Assembly: GCA_017455905.1 (NCBI GenBank)
Contig: JAFTLQ010000006.1
Coordinates: forward strand, 7,033-71,032
Length of the DNA stretch: 64,000 bases
Source: Clostridia bacterium
Lineage (GTDB): Bacteria; Bacillota; Clostridia; Oscillospirales; CAG-272
Direction: 5' to 3'
A program made the position numbers and the translations under genes. The notes beneath the pieces were generated by a model, which saw only the letters and a list, made by a program, of their open reading frames with translations, made no database searches and was not told where the DNA came from. How positions within the stretch are numbered: the first letter of the stretch is position 1; the number at the start of each line of letters is the position of its first letter. Positions 31,135 through 41,563 of the stretch are shown in pieces.

Positions 31135-31354
31135 TCGGGTCACGGTACGCCGTACGCAGATCGCCTTAGCGTTGTGCCCCTGCGGACACGAGCCTTCGGT
31201 TGATATATGAAACAAAAAGAGGAACCGACGCTTGGGTGATGTCCTCAAACGCAGGTTTAACAAAATAGCAGAAAAGCACTTATGATGAACGATAAAGAAT
31301 CGTCTGTCATAAGTGCTTTTGCGTTGCTTTTGTCTTATTTGCCCGATGGTTACG

Positions 31355-31533
31355 GTGAAGTTTTCGCTCACGCGAAAGTGAAGTTGCTTTGCAGTGAAGT
31401 TTGCTGCTTTGCAAAGCAAAGTAGCAAGTGAAGTTAAGTTTGCCCCTCACTTTGACGAAGGCAAAACTTCACTATCCGCAGGATAACTTCACTTACATAG
31501 TAAACTTCACTTGCCCGTAAGGGCAAACTTAGT
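31355..31533. repeat. REP-like palindromic cluster
   Basis: Four GTGAAGTT followed by three inverted AACTTCAC, with small hairpins between. Confidence 0.8.
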
Positions 31534-31642
31534 TAATGGGCGTACTCGAAAACTGCATTTTCGGGCACGCCCATTTTGTTCGTACTCCTTTTTCGTGCAA
31601 AGCAAGGGGCGTGTTACCGCCCGGTTTATGGGCATAGGATCT

Positions 31643-32509
31643 TTACATACATATCGCCATAATGAGCGTGCCGATCACCATCAGAGCAAGACCGAAAAAG
31701 GCCTTTTTTGACAACTTTTCTTTGAATATAACGTAGGATAAGGCGATCGTTACGACAATACTCAGCTTGTCCACCGGTACGACTACGCTGACGATGCCGT
31801 TTCGTATGGCGTAATAATAGCAAAGCCACGAGGCACCGGTCGCTACGCCCGAAAGGCAGATGAACAAAAGCTCCTTTTTGTCCAACCCCTTCAGCTGCCT
31901 GTGCTCGCCCTTGGCAAAGACGATGCCCCAAGCCATTACGAGCACGACGATGGTGCGAATGGCGGTGCCGAGGTTGGATTCTACGCCTGATATGCCGATC
32001 TTGGCAAGGATCGAGGTCAGCGCCGCAAACACGGCGGACAATACCGCGTAAACGATCCACCGTTTACCCTTCGTTTCCTTGTCGGTGACCTTTTTTTCGA
32101 TCATAAGGTAGATACCGACGCCGAGAAGTGCCGTGCTGATGAGCTTGACGGCCAGATGGTGCGTCTCGGAAAACAAGAGGATAGCGAGGAGCACCGATAG
32201 GATGGTGCTGGATTTATCGATGGGGGCGACCTTGTTTACGTCGGCCAGGGACAAGGCCTTGAAATAGCATATCCACGAGGCACCCGTCGCCAGTCCCGAC
32301 AGAATGAGAAATATCCATGATCGCGGTGCAATGGCGGTGATCGTGTCCAGCGAGCCGACGATACCTACCATCAGCAGCGAAAACAGCAGCACAACGACCG
32401 TGCGAAGGGCCGTTGCCACGTCCGAGCTTGTTTTGCGTATGCCGCACTTGGCGAGTATGGTCGTCAGCCCCGCAAATACCGCCGATGCGATGGCCGCTAT
32501 CAGCCACAT
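31643..32509 (-). CDS. EamA/DMT family transporter
   Basis: Two repeated halves (FAxLTxILAKxG...LSGxATGASWxCY...PxDK). Confidence 0.92.
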   Translation of the reverse strand: MWLIAAIASAVFAGLTTILAKCGIRKTSSDVATALRTVVVLLFSLLMVGIVGSLDTITAIAPRSWIFLILSGLATGASWICYFKALSLADVNKVAPIDKSSTILSVLLAILLFSETHHLAVKLISTALLGVGIYLMIEKKVTDKETKGKRWIVYAVLSAVFAALTSILAKIGISGVESNLGTAIRTIVVLVMAWGIVFAKGEHRQLKGLDKKELLFICLSGVATGASWLCYYYAIRNGIVSVVVPVDKLSIVVTIALSYVIFKEKLSKKAFFGLALMVIGTLIMAICM

Positions 32510-32670
32510 ATCCTTTGTCCTCCTGTGTCGTAGGCTTACCGACCGACCGTTCGGTCCCGAAGGGGATCCAAGAGAGTCGTCTGTACGACAGTCATTATAG
32601 CGATGCTCGATCGGGATATCAAGCCGTATGGAAAATTTTACGGAAGCACCGACCTTCGATATAGCGAGTG

Positions 32671-34011
32671 CTACGTCGGAGGCCTGTGCTTCAGGTCGTC
32701 CGTGGCCGGATTATCGATCAGCGCACCGTCCTCGGCAAAGCGCGAGCCGTGACAGGGACAGTCCCACGAATGCTCGGCGGCGTTGTATTTGAGGGCGCAG
32801 CCCAGGTGCGGACAGCGGGGGGCCATCGGCGTCAGCAGGTTAAACAGCGTTTCATAGGCGTTTACGGCCAGCTGCGGGCGAAGGATGCTTCGCGACGGCG
32901 AGAACACGTCGGCATACGGAGCAGGCTTCCCACCGATAAGATCCGATAGGATCATAGCCGACACCATCGCCGAGGTCATCCCCCACTTGTTGAACCCGGT
33001 TGCCACGTATACGTCGGGGGTGCCTTTGGCATACGGTCCGATATACGGAACGCCGTCCAGGGTCATGCAGTCCTGCGTGGCCCACCTCGCCACGATGCGG
33101 GCGTTTGTATAATGCTGCTGTGCGAAGGCCTCCGGCTCGCGCCAGCCTCCGCCGCTTTTGCCCGTGCGATGCCCACCGCCGCCGAGGAGCAAGAGGTTGC
33201 CGTGCATACGGAAGGACAGCCCCTTGTCCGACGCATCCACGTACATGCCGTCGACATCGGGTGCGCCGTCCAACGCCAGGACGTACGAGCGGTGCTGATA
33301 CATTTTCAAAAAATACCCGCCGTGTTTATTGACGATGGGAAAATGCGTGGCAACGATCATCCGTTTACAGTGGATTGTGCCGTGCTGCGTGACGGCCGTG
33401 CCTTGTCCCAGCTCCAGGACCTTGGTGTGTTCATAGATGGGTAGATCTCGTGCGATCGCAAACAGGAAGGACAGCGGATGAAACTGCGCTTGCTCCTTGA
33501 CGCGCACAGCGCCCGCGACCTTGAAGGGGAGCGGCAGCTCGTCGAAGACGTCCGCCCGGACGCCTAAGCGACGCAAGGCATCCGCCTCGCGCTCGATCGC
33601 CGCGCGGTCATGTAGGGAATACACGTAGGCGTCCTTTTCCTCGTACTCGCAGGGAAACGTTCGACACAGGTCGGCATAGAGCTCACACGCCTGCCGCTGT
33701 GCCTGCAGGTACAGCCGCGCCCGATCGTATCCAAAGCGACGGATCAGCTTGTCATACAGCAGGCCGTGGCCGAGCGTGATCTTTGCCGTCGTGCCCTTTG
33801 TGATCCCGCTGCCAATGCGGTCAGCCTCCACGAGAAGACAATCCACGCCTGCCTTCTTTAACCAATAGGCGCACAGGACTCCCGTGATGCCGCCGCCGAT
33901 GATCAGAACGTCCGTGTGCTTGCTTTCCTTCAGCGGCTCAAAGGACACGCGCTCCGCCTGCCGTTCCCAAATGGACGCCGCATGCTCACCGCCGCTTTCG
34001 TTTTGTTCCAT
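32671..34011 (-). CDS. FAD-dependent oxidoreductase with C-terminal Rieske [2Fe-2S] motif (YhfW-like)
   Basis: IIGGGITG; TGFNKWGMT; CPHLGC...WDCPCHGSRF. Confidence 0.92.
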   Translation of the reverse strand: MEQNESGGEHAASIWERQAERVSFEPLKESKHTDVLIIGGGITGVLCAYWLKKAGVDCLLVEADRIGSGITKGTTAKITLGHGLLYDKLIRRFGYDRARLYLQAQRQACELYADLCRTFPCEYEEKDAYVYSLHDRAAIEREADALRRLGVRADVFDELPLPFKVAGAVRVKEQAQFHPLSFLFAIARDLPIYEHTKVLELGQGTAVTQHGTIHCKRMIVATHFPIVNKHGGYFLKMYQHRSYVLALDGAPDVDGMYVDASDKGLSFRMHGNLLLLGGGGHRTGKSGGGWREPEAFAQQHYTNARIVARWATQDCMTLDGVPYIGPYAKGTPDVYVATGFNKWGMTSAMVSAMILSDLIGGKPAPYADVFSPSRSILRPQLAVNAYETLFNLLTPMAPRCPHLGCALKYNAAEHSWDCPCHGSRFAEDGALIDNPATDDLKHRPPT

Positions 34012-34048
34012 TCCTTCACCTCCCAAACATACGGGTAGTGTTCCCGTT

Positions 34049-35161
34049 TTAGGGGGCATCCATACGCTCCTTTTCTTTTACGTCCTGTGCGATCCGTTCG
34101 GCGATCGCCTGCGCGGCGCCGTGCGTCCCCGTCAGCGCCGAAAGGCGGCGCGCCTCGGCATCGACGGGCGGCGCTTGCTCGATCGCACGTATGCAGGCGT
34201 TGGCTATGGTGAATACGCGCGCGGGGGAGCGTCCCGTCAATGTGAGCTCCCCGCGCGAAAGCTCCGCCTCCCGCTCGGTGACGTCGCGCAGCACCAGCGT
34301 GCGCACGCCGAGATACGCCGCCTCCTCCTGTACGCCGCCCGAGTCGGTAAGGACGAGATCGGCACACAGCAGCTGCTCGTAAAAGGCACGCGGCCCCATT
34401 GGCTTGCACAGATGCGCACGGGCGGTATGCCCGAGGACGTCCTGCGCTACCTCCTTTGCCGTCGGGTGCATAGGAAAGAACAGATCAAAGGCGGGATGCG
34501 CGTCGAGCAGGCGCCGTATCGATACCAGCAGGCGACGGCGCAGGGAGGTATCGGTCTCCCGTCGGTGCAGGGTCAAAAGGAGGCGGTAACGGCCGTCGCT
34601 TGGGTGTGTGTGGCACGAGGGAAGGATGGCGTGCAGCGCATCGAGGACGGTATTGCCGACGCAAGCCACGGAGGATGGCGCGACCCCCTCGCGTAGCAGG
34701 TGGGCGCGTGCTTGCTCCGTCGTGGCAAAATGCACCGACGCCATCGCCGTCAAGGCGCGGCGCAGCATCTCCTCGGGGTACGGCTCGTCGTAGACGCCCG
34801 TGCGAAGCCCCGCCTCCATGTGATACAGAGGTATGTGCCGAAAAAAGGCGCAAAGCCCACCCGCAAAGGCGGACAGCGTGTCGCCCTGTACGACGACGGC
34901 GCACGGTGTGAGTGCCGCAAGGGCGTGATCGATCGGGGGGAGCATGGCGGTCAGCGTATTGGTGAGTGTGCCCTCGCCCCTTGCGGGAAGGCGAAGGTCG
35001 GGCAGTATACCGAACAGGTCAAAGACCTCCTCCGCCAGATGCGTGTGCTGGGCGGTGAATAGCACGCGCGTCGGGATCGACGCGCATCGCAGCGCACGCA
35101 CCACGGGCAACACCTTGATCGCCTCCGGTCGCGTGCCGAGAATACATAGCACGGGATGCAT
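34049..35161 (-). CDS. wecB: UDP-N-acetylglucosamine 2-epimerase (non-hydrolysing)
   Basis: GTRPEAIK, VQGDT, HMEAGLRT, PYPEE, TDSGGVQEEA. Confidence 0.92.
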   Translation of the reverse strand: MHPVLCILGTRPEAIKVLPVVRALRCASIPTRVLFTAQHTHLAEEVFDLFGILPDLRLPARGEGTLTNTLTAMLPPIDHALAALTPCAVVVQGDTLSAFAGGLCAFFRHIPLYHMEAGLRTGVYDEPYPEEMLRRALTAMASVHFATTEQARAHLLREGVAPSSVACVGNTVLDALHAILPSCHTHPSDGRYRLLLTLHRRETDTSLRRRLLVSIRRLLDAHPAFDLFFPMHPTAKEVAQDVLGHTARAHLCKPMGPRAFYEQLLCADLVLTDSGGVQEEAAYLGVRTLVLRDVTEREAELSRGELTLTGRSPARVFTIANACIRAIEQAPPVDAEARRLSALTGTHGAAQAIAERIAQDVKEKERMDAP

Positions 35162-35233
35162 ACGGCCTCCGAAAAAAAGACTACCCGAGAGATCTCGGGT
35201 AGTGCATGGTATGCGTATGTGTGCGCCGATATG

Positions 35234-35851
35234 TCACCGTTCGGTCGGCTCGTCGTCCTCGATGACGGTACCGTCGGTATCGAAGCTGACGGCAAAGGTC
35301 AGGCGGATCTCGCGCCGCTCGTTGACCGTAGACGCGGTGAGCGTGCCCATCGGCGTCGTGAGACTGTACGGCGGTTGCGCAAAGAGCGCCGCGGTGTCGA
35401 TGCCCTCTATCTTATAAAAGGAAAGCAAGCGCAGCACGGACGCCTTGCCGCCGACGGCCTTACAGCGCAGTTGACAAAAGGGCTGTGCGTCCTCGTCCTT
35501 TATAAAGGCCAGCGTGGGCGTTCCTTCGTCGCAGCCGATGACCTCCACGCGCAGCTTGTGATGCGGCAGGACGGTGAGGACCAGCGTTTTATCCTTGACG
35601 AGGAGCACCTTGTCGCGCGAGGAATACCGTCCGACGGTGCGCACGTCCTCGTACGAAAAGCGAACCAGGCGGAAGAAATACAGAAAATCAAAGAGGATCA
35701 AGCCGCAGAAAACGACGATCATGGGATACAGACGCACGACGGTCGTCATGCGTCCATTGTAGTATAGAGCGATCGCCAGGACGAGGAGCAGCGGCAGCTC
35801 GGTCAGGAAATACCGCCATTTGGTGGACGTCATGTATATGCGTTTTTTCAT
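35234..35851 (-). CDS. Hypothetical membrane protein (2 TM)
   Basis: ATG at 35851 with RBS AAGG; two hydrophobic segments. Confidence 0.7.
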   Translation of the reverse strand: MKKRIYMTSTKWRYFLTELPLLLVLAIALYYNGRMTTVVRLYPMIVVFCGLILFDFLYFFRLVRFSYEDVRTVGRYSSRDKVLLVKDKTLVLTVLPHHKLRVEVIGCDEGTPTLAFIKDEDAQPFCQLRCKAVGGKASVLRLLSFYKIEGIDTAALFAQPPYSLTTPMGTLTASTVNERREIRLTFAVSFDTDGTVIEDDEPTER

Positions 35852-35993
35852 AAGGTGCCTTTCCTTTCGGCGTGTCGTATACCTTATTATACCGCACAAG
35901 CGCGTGCAATGCAAGGGGAAATTGTAAACTTGTATATTCCGTACAAAAAGAGATTTTTCTTTTGTGCAAAAGGGAGAAAAGTACAAAAGGATA

Positions 35994-36022
35994 TTGACAT
36001 CGGGCGAAATATTTGTTATACT
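35994..36022 (+). promoter_or_regulatory. Sigma-A promoter
   Basis: TTGACA-17-TATACT with extended TG. Confidence 0.85.
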
Positions 36023-36031
36023 AAAGACGTC

Positions 36032-36163
36032 AAAAGGGAGTAGTACTTGTCTTACAGGCAAGTGCATCGGCCGTCAACACAGCCTTCATGAGAGCTCGGA
36101 CGATGCAGAATCGAAAGATTGTACAAGACTTTTACTGTAACAGTACGGTAAAGGTCTTTTTTT
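36032..36163 (+). ncRNA. yybP-ykoY (Mn2+-sensing) riboswitch-like aptamer plus overlapping terminator
   Basis: AAAAGGGAGUAG...CGUCAACAC...ACAAGACUUUU; terminator agacttttactgta-acag-tacggtaaaggtct-T run uses the 3' strand of P1. Confidence 0.8.
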
Positions 36164-36264
36164 CATAAAATGAAAAGGACTTGACCGTTTGACAGCGAGC
36201 ACGCGGTGCACACGCGTGTTCAAGGAACAAAACAAAAAACAAATTTTTTTAGGAGGACTTAGTT

Positions 36265-37671
36265 ATGCCAGGTCTTATTATTGCGGCCGCTGTCGTGGTG
36301 GCTCTCCTTGTTTTGCTCGTTATTGCGGGCTATATGAAAGCGCCCCCGGATACCGCATTCATCATTTCCGGTCCCTTGAAGCGCCGCGTGCTGATCGGTA
36401 AAGCCGGTTGGCGTATGCCCTTTATCACCCGTGTCGACCGTCTGTCGCTGCGCGTTATGCAGGTCGACGTCAAAACGAGTGAGGCCGTTCCCACCAACGA
36501 GTTCATCAACGTAACCGTTGACGGTGTCGCAAATATCAAGGTGTCGAGCGATACGGAGTGTCTCAATAAGGCAGCCGAGGCGCTGCTTGGTATGAGCCGC
36601 GTCGAGCTGATCAGCATGGTCACCCAGGTGCTGGAGGGTAATATGCGTGAGATCGTCGGCTCCGTCGGCCTGAAGGAAATGGTACAGGACCGCCAGGGTG
36701 TTGCCAAGAAGATCACCGAAAACGTCGTGCCTGATATGCGCAAGCTTGGTATCGAGGTCGTCAACTTCAACATCCAGAACTTCAAGGATGCTGCCGGAAC
36801 GATCGAGAACATGGGTATTGACAACGTTGAGCAGATCCGCAAGAATGCCCAGATCGCCAAGGCGAACGCCCAGCGCGATATCGCCATCGCTACCTCCAAC
36901 GCACAGCAGGAGGCCAACGCCGTTAAGGTCGAGGCAGAGAAGAAGATCGCCGAGCAGAATGCCGAGCTTGCCATCCAGCAGGCCGACATGAAGGTCAAGG
37001 CCGATACCAAAAAGGCCGAGGCTGACGCCGCGTACGCCATTCGCGAGCAGGATCAGCGCAAGATCATCGAGGTCGCCAAGACCGAGGCCGACATCGCTCG
37101 CCGCGAGAAGGAAGCCGATCTTGCCGAAAAGGATATTGCCATCCGTGAGCGCGAGTTGGATGCACAGATCCGCAAGCAGGCTGATGCAATGAAGTACCAG
37201 ACCGAGAAGGAGGCTGAGGCCGACCTCATCCGCCGTCAGAAAGAAGCCGAGGCAAAGCTTTACGAGATCATCAAGGATGCCGAGGCAGAGAAGGCAAGAG
37301 CCGAGGCCGTCCGCTTCGCTATGGAGCAGGAGGCCGAGGGTATCCGTGCCAAGGGCCTTGCTGAGGCAGAGGCCATCGAAAAGAAGGCCGAAGCACAGAA
37401 AAAGATGGGTGAGGCATCCGTTCTTGAGATGTACCTCAACGCCCTACCCGAGGTCGTTAAGAACGCCGCTATGCCCCTGTCCAAGACCGACAAGATCGTT
37501 ATGTACGGCGACGGCAATTCGACCAAGGTCGTCCGTGACGTGATGACCAGCGCCAACCAGATCATGGAGGGCGTCAAGGAATCCACCGGTATTGATCTCG
37601 GCTCGCTTCTGGCAGGCTTCGCTGTCGGTAAGACGACGAACAAGCCGAGCGACGAAAGCACCGCCGAATAA
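36265..37671 (+). CDS. Flotillin / SPFH (band 7) family protein
   Basis: N-terminal TM, SPFH domain (LEGNMREIVG), long EA-rich coiled coil, PLSKTDKIVMY. Confidence 0.93.
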   Translation: MPGLIIAAAVVVALLVLLVIAGYMKAPPDTAFIISGPLKRRVLIGKAGWRMPFITRVDRLSLRVMQVDVKTSEAVPTNEFINVTVDGVANIKVSSDTECLNKAAEALLGMSRVELISMVTQVLEGNMREIVGSVGLKEMVQDRQGVAKKITENVVPDMRKLGIEVVNFNIQNFKDAAGTIENMGIDNVEQIRKNAQIAKANAQRDIAIATSNAQQEANAVKVEAEKKIAEQNAELAIQQADMKVKADTKKAEADAAYAIREQDQRKIIEVAKTEADIARREKEADLAEKDIAIRERELDAQIRKQADAMKYQTEKEAEADLIRRQKEAEAKLYEIIKDAEAEKARAEAVRFAMEQEAEGIRAKGLAEAEAIEKKAEAQKKMGEASVLEMYLNALPEVVKNAAMPLSKTDKIVMYGDGNSTKVVRDVMTSANQIMEGVKESTGIDLGSLLAGFAVGKTTNKPSDESTAE

Positions 37672-37690
37672 CGGCCATTTTCCAACAAAC

Positions 37691-37728
37691 AAGAAGGACA
37701 GAGAACCTTGCGTTCTCTGTCCTTTTTT
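37691..37728. terminator. Terminator between convergent genes
   Basis: aagaaggacagagaac...gttctctgtccttttt. Confidence 0.8.
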
Positions 37729-37746
37729 GTCCTATTTGACAAGCGA

Positions 37747-38694
37747 TCAAAAGCTTAGACGTACGATGTGGCGGGCGTTAAAGAATTTACCGAAGATGTA
37801 CTTGTTGGAGGCACTTTCGGTGAGGGTGATCACGGTGCCGTCGTAGTAGTCAAGATCCTCGCCCATGGCGGGGCCGTGGATCTCGTCGACGACCTTGTCG
37901 AGATAGTAGACGGGGGCGCCGTCGAGGGTCGTTTGGGCATCCGTTGCCTCGTCGGCGTTATATACGTAATACACCGTATCGGAGAGGCCGTAGGAGGTCG
38001 ACAGGATGATCTTGCCGTCGGGGGTGAAGCACATGCCCTGGACGCTGTTGCGAATGGAATAGACCTTGAGAGGGGTCGACAGGTCGCTCAGCGCGTACTG
38101 CGTGCAGATGGCGTAGTGCATGCCCTCGGCGCTGTCGTATTCATGTCCCTCGATGGTGTACTTTCCTCCGTCGTGAAATTCACCGACGTACAGATACGTG
38201 TCGTCGGTATAGACGAAGGAGGCGCTGTTGTTGACCTCGATGCCATCACCGACGTCCAGCGTGTCGCCCTCCTTGGCCGACAGAAGGTCGGTCAGCGACA
38301 GCGTAAAGATGCGGCTTCCGTTGGCGATGTAAACGGTGTCGCCCGTCGTGGCAATACCGCCCGCGTGGCCGGTGAAGCTCTTGTCACCGCGCGAAAGCTC
38401 GACGTAATACGACTCATTGTCGGTGGTCGTAACGTAGATACGGGAGGCGGATTTGTCCTTCATGTAGCCCGACACCAGCAGGACGCCGTGCTCCTCGGCT
38501 GCGGCGATGCCCTGGCAGACAAAGCCGTCCGAAAGGCCGGGGTTCTTGCAGAGCGTCTCTTCCATGGCGTAATAGTCACGGTAGATGGCGAACTTCGCTG
38601 CGTTCAGCACGGCAAGGACGAGCAGAACGAGCGCGACGACCGAGGCAAGGATGATGCCGACGATCTTGGCGGTTACGATACATATGCGATTCAT
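37747..38694 (-). CDS. Membrane-anchored hypothetical protein (possible beta-propeller)
   Basis: N-terminal TM; repeated QG(I/M) strand starts; backbone codon usage. Confidence 0.7.
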   Translation of the reverse strand: MNRICIVTAKIVGIILASVVALVLLVLAVLNAAKFAIYRDYYAMEETLCKNPGLSDGFVCQGIAAAEEHGVLLVSGYMKDKSASRIYVTTTDNESYYVELSRGDKSFTGHAGGIATTGDTVYIANGSRIFTLSLTDLLSAKEGDTLDVGDGIEVNNSASFVYTDDTYLYVGEFHDGGKYTIEGHEYDSAEGMHYAICTQYALSDLSTPLKVYSIRNSVQGMCFTPDGKIILSTSYGLSDTVYYVYNADEATDAQTTLDGAPVYYLDKVVDEIHGPAMGEDLDYYDGTVITLTESASNKYIFGKFFNARHIVRLSF

Positions 38695-38771
38695 AGATAA
38701 GGCCTTTCTTTGTTAACGATCATGAGGAATATCGTGCTATATGCTTGCAATATGTAAACCATACATAGCAT

Positions 38772-39329
38772 TTAGACGATAGAGTCGTCGCGATGGCGGT
38801 CCGCCCATGCACGCATAAGCAGGGCGAAGAAGCTTTCGCCGCCGGCGGCGCGCAGCGTGGGAAGCTTGTAATCCTCGCGCATACCGAGCGTGTATACGGT
38901 GGTATCCTCCTGCGACCGTGCATGCAGCGCGACGTCCGCCGCCGCGGCCACGGACAGGAGCAGCTGCTGAAGCTCGGGTGTGGGAAGGGTACGGGTCGGC
39001 AGCGTCAACGATAGCTCAAGCGCACCCGGCACATCACACAGGTGCAAATGTATGGGACCGCTATGACACAGACGGTCGATCATCAGGCACAAGAGCCTGG
39101 CCAGCGCATCGACATGGGAGGCATACAGGCGGTGAAGCTGTCCGCTCACCGTCAGCTCTACCGCACCGCGGTAGGCCTCGGCAAGAAACCGCTCAAGATC
39201 GCGCCGTATCTCCTCGCCCGACAGTAGGGTGGCCGACGTGCCTGCGGCGTTGGGCGCGAGAGGGAAGGGAACCGATTTCGGTGCCTGCTCCCGTGTCATA
39301 GGCGGCGTTCCTTTGGTGTATCGCTTCAT
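38772..39329 (-). CDS. Hypothetical protein
   Basis: Directly follows the hprK stop on the same strand. Confidence 0.55.
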   Translation of the reverse strand: MKRYTKGTPPMTREQAPKSVPFPLAPNAAGTSATLLSGEEIRRDLERFLAEAYRGAVELTVSGQLHRLYASHVDALARLLCLMIDRLCHSGPIHLHLCDVPGALELSLTLPTRTLPTPELQQLLLSVAAAADVALHARSQEDTTVYTLGMREDYKLPTLRAAGGESFFALLMRAWADRHRDDSIV

Positions 39330-39330
39330 A

Positions 39331-40263
39331 TTACACGCTTCCGAGCGATTCCATGAGGCGCTTGTTAAATTCCTCGGGCGTGTTGTAGCCCATGCGCTTC
39401 TGACGGGCGTTCATGGCAGCGACCTCAATAACGACGGACAGGTTACGTCCGGGGGAGACGGGCACGACGATGGTGGGCACGCGGATGCCGAGAATGTCGG
39501 TATAATGCTCCTCCAGACCCAGGCGGTCGTACATCTTGCCCTGCTGCCACAGCTCCATGGTGATGACGAGGTCGATTTTTTCGGTCTCCTTGACCGCACC
39601 CATACCAAACAGGCGGCGCACGTCCACGATGCCGATGCCGCGCAGCTCAACGTAGTGGCGGATGAGAGAGGGCGCACGGCCGACGAGGGTGGTGTCGGAT
39701 ACGCGCTTGATCTCAACGGCGTCGTCGGCGATCAGACGGTGACCGCGCTTGATCAGCTCGATGGCCGTCTCACTCTTACCGATACCGGAGTCGCCGAGGA
39801 GCAGGATGCCCTCGCCGTACACCTCGATAAAGACGCCGTGACGCGTGATGCGCGGTCCCAGCTCCACGTTGAGGTAGGCGATCAGCGCGGCCATAAATTC
39901 GGAGGTCTTCACGCTCGTGCGCAGCACGGGAACGGCGTATTCCTCCGCGAGAGCGAGCATTTCGTCGGAAATGTCGAGAGATGTCGTCACGATGATGCCG
40001 ACGGGCTTGGCGCGGAACAGGTCCTCCAGACGCGCGTGACGCTCGGCATCGGGCAGCTGCTTGAGGTACAGATGCTCCACCTTACCGATGATCTGCAGAC
40101 GCTCGGGCTCAAAGTGGTCGTAGAAGCCGACCAAGGGAAGTCCCGGGCGGTTGACACCCGCGCAGGAAACGAAGATCTGCTCGGGCAGGGTGGGAAGATA
40201 AAAGGTTTCAAGAGAAAAACGGTCGATGATGCTCGACATCGCAACGGTATATTGTTCGTTCAT
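39331..40263 (-). CDS. hprK: HPr(Ser) kinase/phosphorylase
   Basis: VNRPGL, GDSGIGKSETAIELIKRGHRLIADD, PGRNL; ATG at 40263 with GGAGG. Confidence 0.97.
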   Translation of the reverse strand: MNEQYTVAMSSIIDRFSLETFYLPTLPEQIFVSCAGVNRPGLPLVGFYDHFEPERLQIIGKVEHLYLKQLPDAERHARLEDLFRAKPVGIIVTTSLDISDEMLALAEEYAVPVLRTSVKTSEFMAALIAYLNVELGPRITRHGVFIEVYGEGILLLGDSGIGKSETAIELIKRGHRLIADDAVEIKRVSDTTLVGRAPSLIRHYVELRGIGIVDVRRLFGMGAVKETEKIDLVITMELWQQGKMYDRLGLEEHYTDILGIRVPTIVVPVSPGRNLSVVIEVAAMNARQKRMGYNTPEEFNKRLMESLGSV

Positions 40264-40426
40264 GCGCAACCTCCGCTTTGGGCGTTTTTCCTTTATTCTA
40301 CCACACGCGCGGGGCAATTGCAAATGTTTTTAAAAAAAAGTCCTCTTTTTTCCCTTCCGCTTGATTTATTTACATTTATGTGATACAATAAGAGGCGAAA
40401 ATGGTAAAAAAGTCTGAGGAAACGAT

Positions 40427-41506
40427 ATGAAACGAATCATCGCCCTGCTTCTATGCGTTGCCTGCCTGTTTACGGTCATCTCCTGCGGGAGCGCGTATCC
40501 CCCCGTCGAGAGCACCGAGGAGGAGCAGCGCACCGTGATGACGCTCACCCTTGAAGGGAAGAGCTACGAGGTCAAATACGAGCTGTACCGCGCCTTTGCC
40601 CTTATGTATCGGGACGAGATGGCGGAGGGCGTCAGCGACCCGTGGAGCGACGATGCGCTGGTCGACGCGCTGCATGCACGCGTCTGTGAGCAGATCTATG
40701 AGATCTATGCGACGCTGGCGCTTTGCGAGACGGTGGGCATCGACCTCTACGATAAAGAGACCGACGATACCGTCGAGGAATACATCCGCTTGAGCATTGA
40801 GGGGGATGACTACTTTGAGGGTCTCGGCTCGTACGACGCGTACCTTGCCGCGCTCAAGGAGGATTATCTCAACTATGCCGTCGCCGATCTGCTGTACCGC
40901 TACAGCATCGGTCAGGATGCGCTGTATACGTATTATATGGGAACGTATGATTACATTACCGACACGTATAAGGACAGCGCCTTGACCGTGACCGACGAAA
41001 AGGTCAACGTTTTTTACGCCGCCGACGATACGGCACGCGTCATGCTCATCTATCTGTCGCATCAGGTCTACTCCGATGCCGAGGCACGTCTCACGCGCTC
41101 CACGCTCCTTGCCGAGCTGGGAGACGGCGGCGAGGCCGCCATGGCCGATTGGCTGCTCCGCCATACGGCGACGTCCGAGCAGATCACCCGCGGCGAGATC
41201 CTCTCGCCGTACACCCTTGACGATCTCGTCTACGCCGACGTCACCGAGGCAGCACTCGCTCTCGGGGTCGGTGAAATGAGCGAGCTGATTCCCGTGTCGG
41301 GCGACGACGTCTACGGCTACTACCTCGTCTACCGTATGGATAAGCCGGCCTCGTACCTTGAGGACAACCGCTCCGACGTACGCGATACCTACCTCCTGCA
41401 CGAGATTGGCAAGATCTTTTCGAGCACAAAGGACGCCCTGCGCGACAGCCGCACCGACGCCCCCCTGCTTGCCACGCTGGACATCGCCACCATGTCGATG
41501 GATTGA
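40427..41506 (+). CDS. Hypothetical lipoprotein, SurA/parvulin-like (degenerate)
   Basis: VISC lipobox; ALALGVGEMSELI...YGYYLVYR resembles a parvulin C-terminus. Confidence 0.65.
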   Translation: MKRIIALLLCVACLFTVISCGSAYPPVESTEEEQRTVMTLTLEGKSYEVKYELYRAFALMYRDEMAEGVSDPWSDDALVDALHARVCEQIYEIYATLALCETVGIDLYDKETDDTVEEYIRLSIEGDDYFEGLGSYDAYLAALKEDYLNYAVADLLYRYSIGQDALYTYYMGTYDYITDTYKDSALTVTDEKVNVFYAADDTARVMLIYLSHQVYSDAEARLTRSTLLAELGDGGEAAMADWLLRHTATSEQITRGEILSPYTLDDLVYADVTEAALALGVGEMSELIPVSGDDVYGYYLVYRMDKPASYLEDNRSDVRDTYLLHEIGKIFSSTKDALRDSRTDAPLLATLDIATMSMD

Positions 41507-41563
41507 CGTCCCCACCCACCGAGCGGCGCGGCCGCTCGGTGGCAAAAGCCCTTCGTTATATGA

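Noticed and set aside
31355-31533. Possible CRISPR array
   Set aside because: Units are only 8 bp, spacing is irregular, orientation flips midway, and there are no cas genes
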